The notes under the pieces: model-generated | What the model saw: only the letters and a program-made list of their open reading frames with translations | What the model was told of the DNA's origin: nothing | Database searches by the model: none | Shown: piece after piece, positions 15,847 to 17,499 of the stretch | How the letters are laid out: every line of letters begins with the position of its first letter | Numbering within the stretch: position 1 is the first letter of the stretch | Program-made: the position numbers and the translations under genes | Source: Thermoproteota archaeon | Lineage (GTDB): Archaea; Korarchaeota; Korarchaeia; Korarchaeales; Korarchaeaceae | NCBI GenBank assembly: GCA_027491415.1 | Contig: JAOZFH010000010.1 | Location: 1-17,499, forward strand | Reading direction: 5' to 3' | DNA length: 17,499 nucleotides

Positions 15847-16731
15847 TTGCGCGAGGGGGGCGTCGCCGGGGTCAGGGTGAGGTCTGTCCTGAACAGGCAC
15901 AGGAGGAGGGACGACTGGTTCCTCGACGAGTACTCCGTGAACCCCTACTACGGGTGCCCCCTCTCCTGCGTGTACTGCTACGCCAGGGGGACGAAGTACG
16001 GCTCCTCGCCACCAGGTGAGGTCAGGGCCAAGGTGAACGCCCACGAGGTTCTGGCCAGGCAGCTCAGGGCGGAGGCCAGGGCTGGGAGGAGGGGCTTCAT
16101 AGCGCTGGGGACGGCGACGGAGCCCTACATGCCCGCCGAGGCCGACCTCAACCTGACCAGGCGGTGCCTGGAGGTGATCTCCTCCCTGAGGTTCCCGGTG
16201 CACGTGCTGACCAAGTCCGACCTCGTGCTGAGGGACGCCGACCTGCTGCGGGAGGCGGCCGAGAGGGCGATCCTCCCGCCGGACCTGAGGGGGAAGGTCG
16301 AGGGGGCCGTCGTGACCGTCTCTATCTCGACCCTCGACCCGGAGGCCGCGGGGGCGTTCGAGCCGGGCGCCCCTCCCCCGGATCGCAGGCTGGACGTGGT
16401 CAGGAGGCTCTCCGAGGCGGGGCTGGCCGCAGGGGTGGCCTTCATCCCGGTCCTCCCCGGCATCTCGGACGGCGAGGGGGAGATCGACCGCATGGTGGAG
16501 GCGGCGGCGGAGGTCAGGGTGAGCCACGTCTTCGTCGGCGCCCTGACCGTCCCAGGGGCCGTCAGGAGGGCGGTCGAGGGCCTGATCTCCCGGAGGTTCC
16601 CGGAACTCCTGCCAACCTACAGGGGGCTCTTCTCCTCCGGCCCATATCCACCAGGCGGCTACCAGGCGAGGCTCGACAGGATGGCAAGGGAGGCCTGCGG
16701 GAGGCACGGCGTCCGATACATGCTCCTCTGA
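15847..16731 (+). CDS. Radical SAM protein, spore photoproduct lyase-like (SplB/Rv2578c-like)
   Basis: NPYYGCPLSCVYCYA (CxxxCxxC), GTATEPY.P.E, LTKSDLVLRD, FEPGAP.P..R and PVLPGISD. Likely start is TTG 15847 after GGAGG, rather than 15709. Confidence 0.9.
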   Translation: MREGGVAGVRVRSVLNRHRRRDDWFLDEYSVNPYYGCPLSCVYCYARGTKYGSSPPGEVRAKVNAHEVLARQLRAEARAGRRGFIALGTATEPYMPAEADLNLTRRCLEVISSLRFPVHVLTKSDLVLRDADLLREAAERAILPPDLRGKVEGAVVTVSISTLDPEAAGAFEPGAPPPDRRLDVVRRLSEAGLAAGVAFIPVLPGISDGEGEIDRMVEAAAEVRVSHVFVGALTVPGAVRRAVEGLISRRFPELLPTYRGLFSSGPYPPGGYQARLDRMAREACGRHGVRYMLL

Positions 16732-16989
16732 CCATCTGCCCCACGACGCAGGGACAACCGAGAGGGCCGCCTAGGGATCCCTGAGGCGAGGCGCCTCAAT
16801 TGGCCCCTCCTCGCGCTCGCCTACGAGTTCCGTTGGGGATGTCGCCTCAATCATACGATACGACACGCGATCACGGACCGATAATTCGGTCAGCGGGGGC
16901 CGACCCCTCGAGAACATGCCTCAGCGCCCGGCAGAGCCCACAGCACGGTAGGAGCGTCCCGCTCCTCTCCTTTGATCTCGTCGAACCCG

Positions 16990-17349
16990 CTAGTCGGGCA
17001 AGCTCTCCTCTACGAGTCTGATGAGCCTACTGGCCTTCTCCAAGGCGTCCTCCGCCTCCTCCCTCGAGAAGCTGTAGGGCCTGTGGTCGGCGGTCTTCCT
17101 CCTGACGAACAGGTCCAGGTAGTCTCGCCTGGCCCCCTCGGCCCTCTCCCTCCCAACCCTCACCTCCAAGATCCTCCTGAGGGCGTTGGCAATCTTGTCG
17201 TCCTTCGTGGTCCTCAGGCCCCTCACCCGGTGCTCGACCGTGAGCCTCACCGCGAAGTAGGCGGCCGAGACCGCCTTGTTGTAGTTCCCGTGGAGCAGGT
17301 CGTCCTCGGCCTCCTTCAGAAGGATCCTAGCCTTCTCAGCCTTGTCCAA
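16990..17349 (-). CDS. HEPN domain protein (putative RNase toxin)
   Basis: A...L.EAE..L..G.Y..AVS.AYFA N-terminus and C-terminal RKTADH (Rx4H). Confidence 0.88.
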   Translation of the reverse strand: MDKAEKARILLKEAEDDLLHGNYNKAVSAAYFAVRLTVEHRVRGLRTTKDDKIANALRRILEVRVGRERAEGARRDYLDLFVRRKTADHRPYSFSREEAEDALEKASRLIRLVEESLPD

Positions 17350-17499
17350 TCAGAACTCTCCCCCCGGCCGCCATGAACAGCTCCAGGACGTCCTCCTCCC
17401 CCTCGGAGGCCAGGAGCGGGTTGACCCTCTCCCCGACCTCCGAGGCCAGCCTGGCCACGAGCTCAAAGTCCCCGGGCCTGACCTCCCTGAGCACCACCA
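17336..17499 (-). CDS. C-terminal part of a probable MNT nucleotidyltransferase antitoxin (not in ORF track)
   Basis: Open frame ..VVLREVRPGDFELVARLASEVGERVNPLLASEGEEDVLELFMAAGGRVLIGQG*, overlapping the HEPN start by 14 nt. The catalytic motif lies outside the window, so the product is inferred from context. Confidence 0.6.
   Translation of the reverse strand, partial: VVLREVRPGDFELVARLASEVGERVNPLLASEGEEDVLELFMAAGGRVLIGQG

Noticed and set aside
15646-16707. 353-aa minus-strand ORF and similar overlapping ORFs (11772-12527, 14986-15645, 16164-16784)
   Set aside because: They overlap well-supported genes and have low-complexity Arg/Gly/Pro-rich or antisense-type composition.
16732-16989. Short inverted repeat (TGAGGCG/CGCCTCA) and repeated CGCCTCAAT
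   Set aside because: Too short to distinguish from chance or an ordinary 3' hairpin between convergent genes.

Overview
GC-rich archaeal window (many AGG/ATA codons, TATA-like boxes ~25-30 nt before start codons, 4-nt stop/start overlaps; a thermophilic archaeon is inferred). From left to right: the 3' part of pyrB; a coxMSL-ordered xanthine-dehydrogenase-family molybdenum hydroxylase plus MoaD/SAMP (+); then, convergent, DUF364-like, XdhC, MoeA and MocA maturation genes (-). Between these two halves sits an accessory cassette (~5.0-7.35 kb): a secreted LssY_C-like protein followed by one intact and one decayed paralogous membrane-protein gene. The right third is a stress/defence-type island: vapB with a doubly frameshifted vapC, the Mpg glycosylase, a 641-aa STAND/NLR-like ATPase with a near-identical C-terminal repeat, a second vapBC, an SPL-like radical SAM gene and an MNT-HEPN pair. 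The best candidates for something undescribed are the NLR-like ATPase and the secreted-protein/membrane-paralog cassette. All family calls come from motif recognition by eye, not from database searches.
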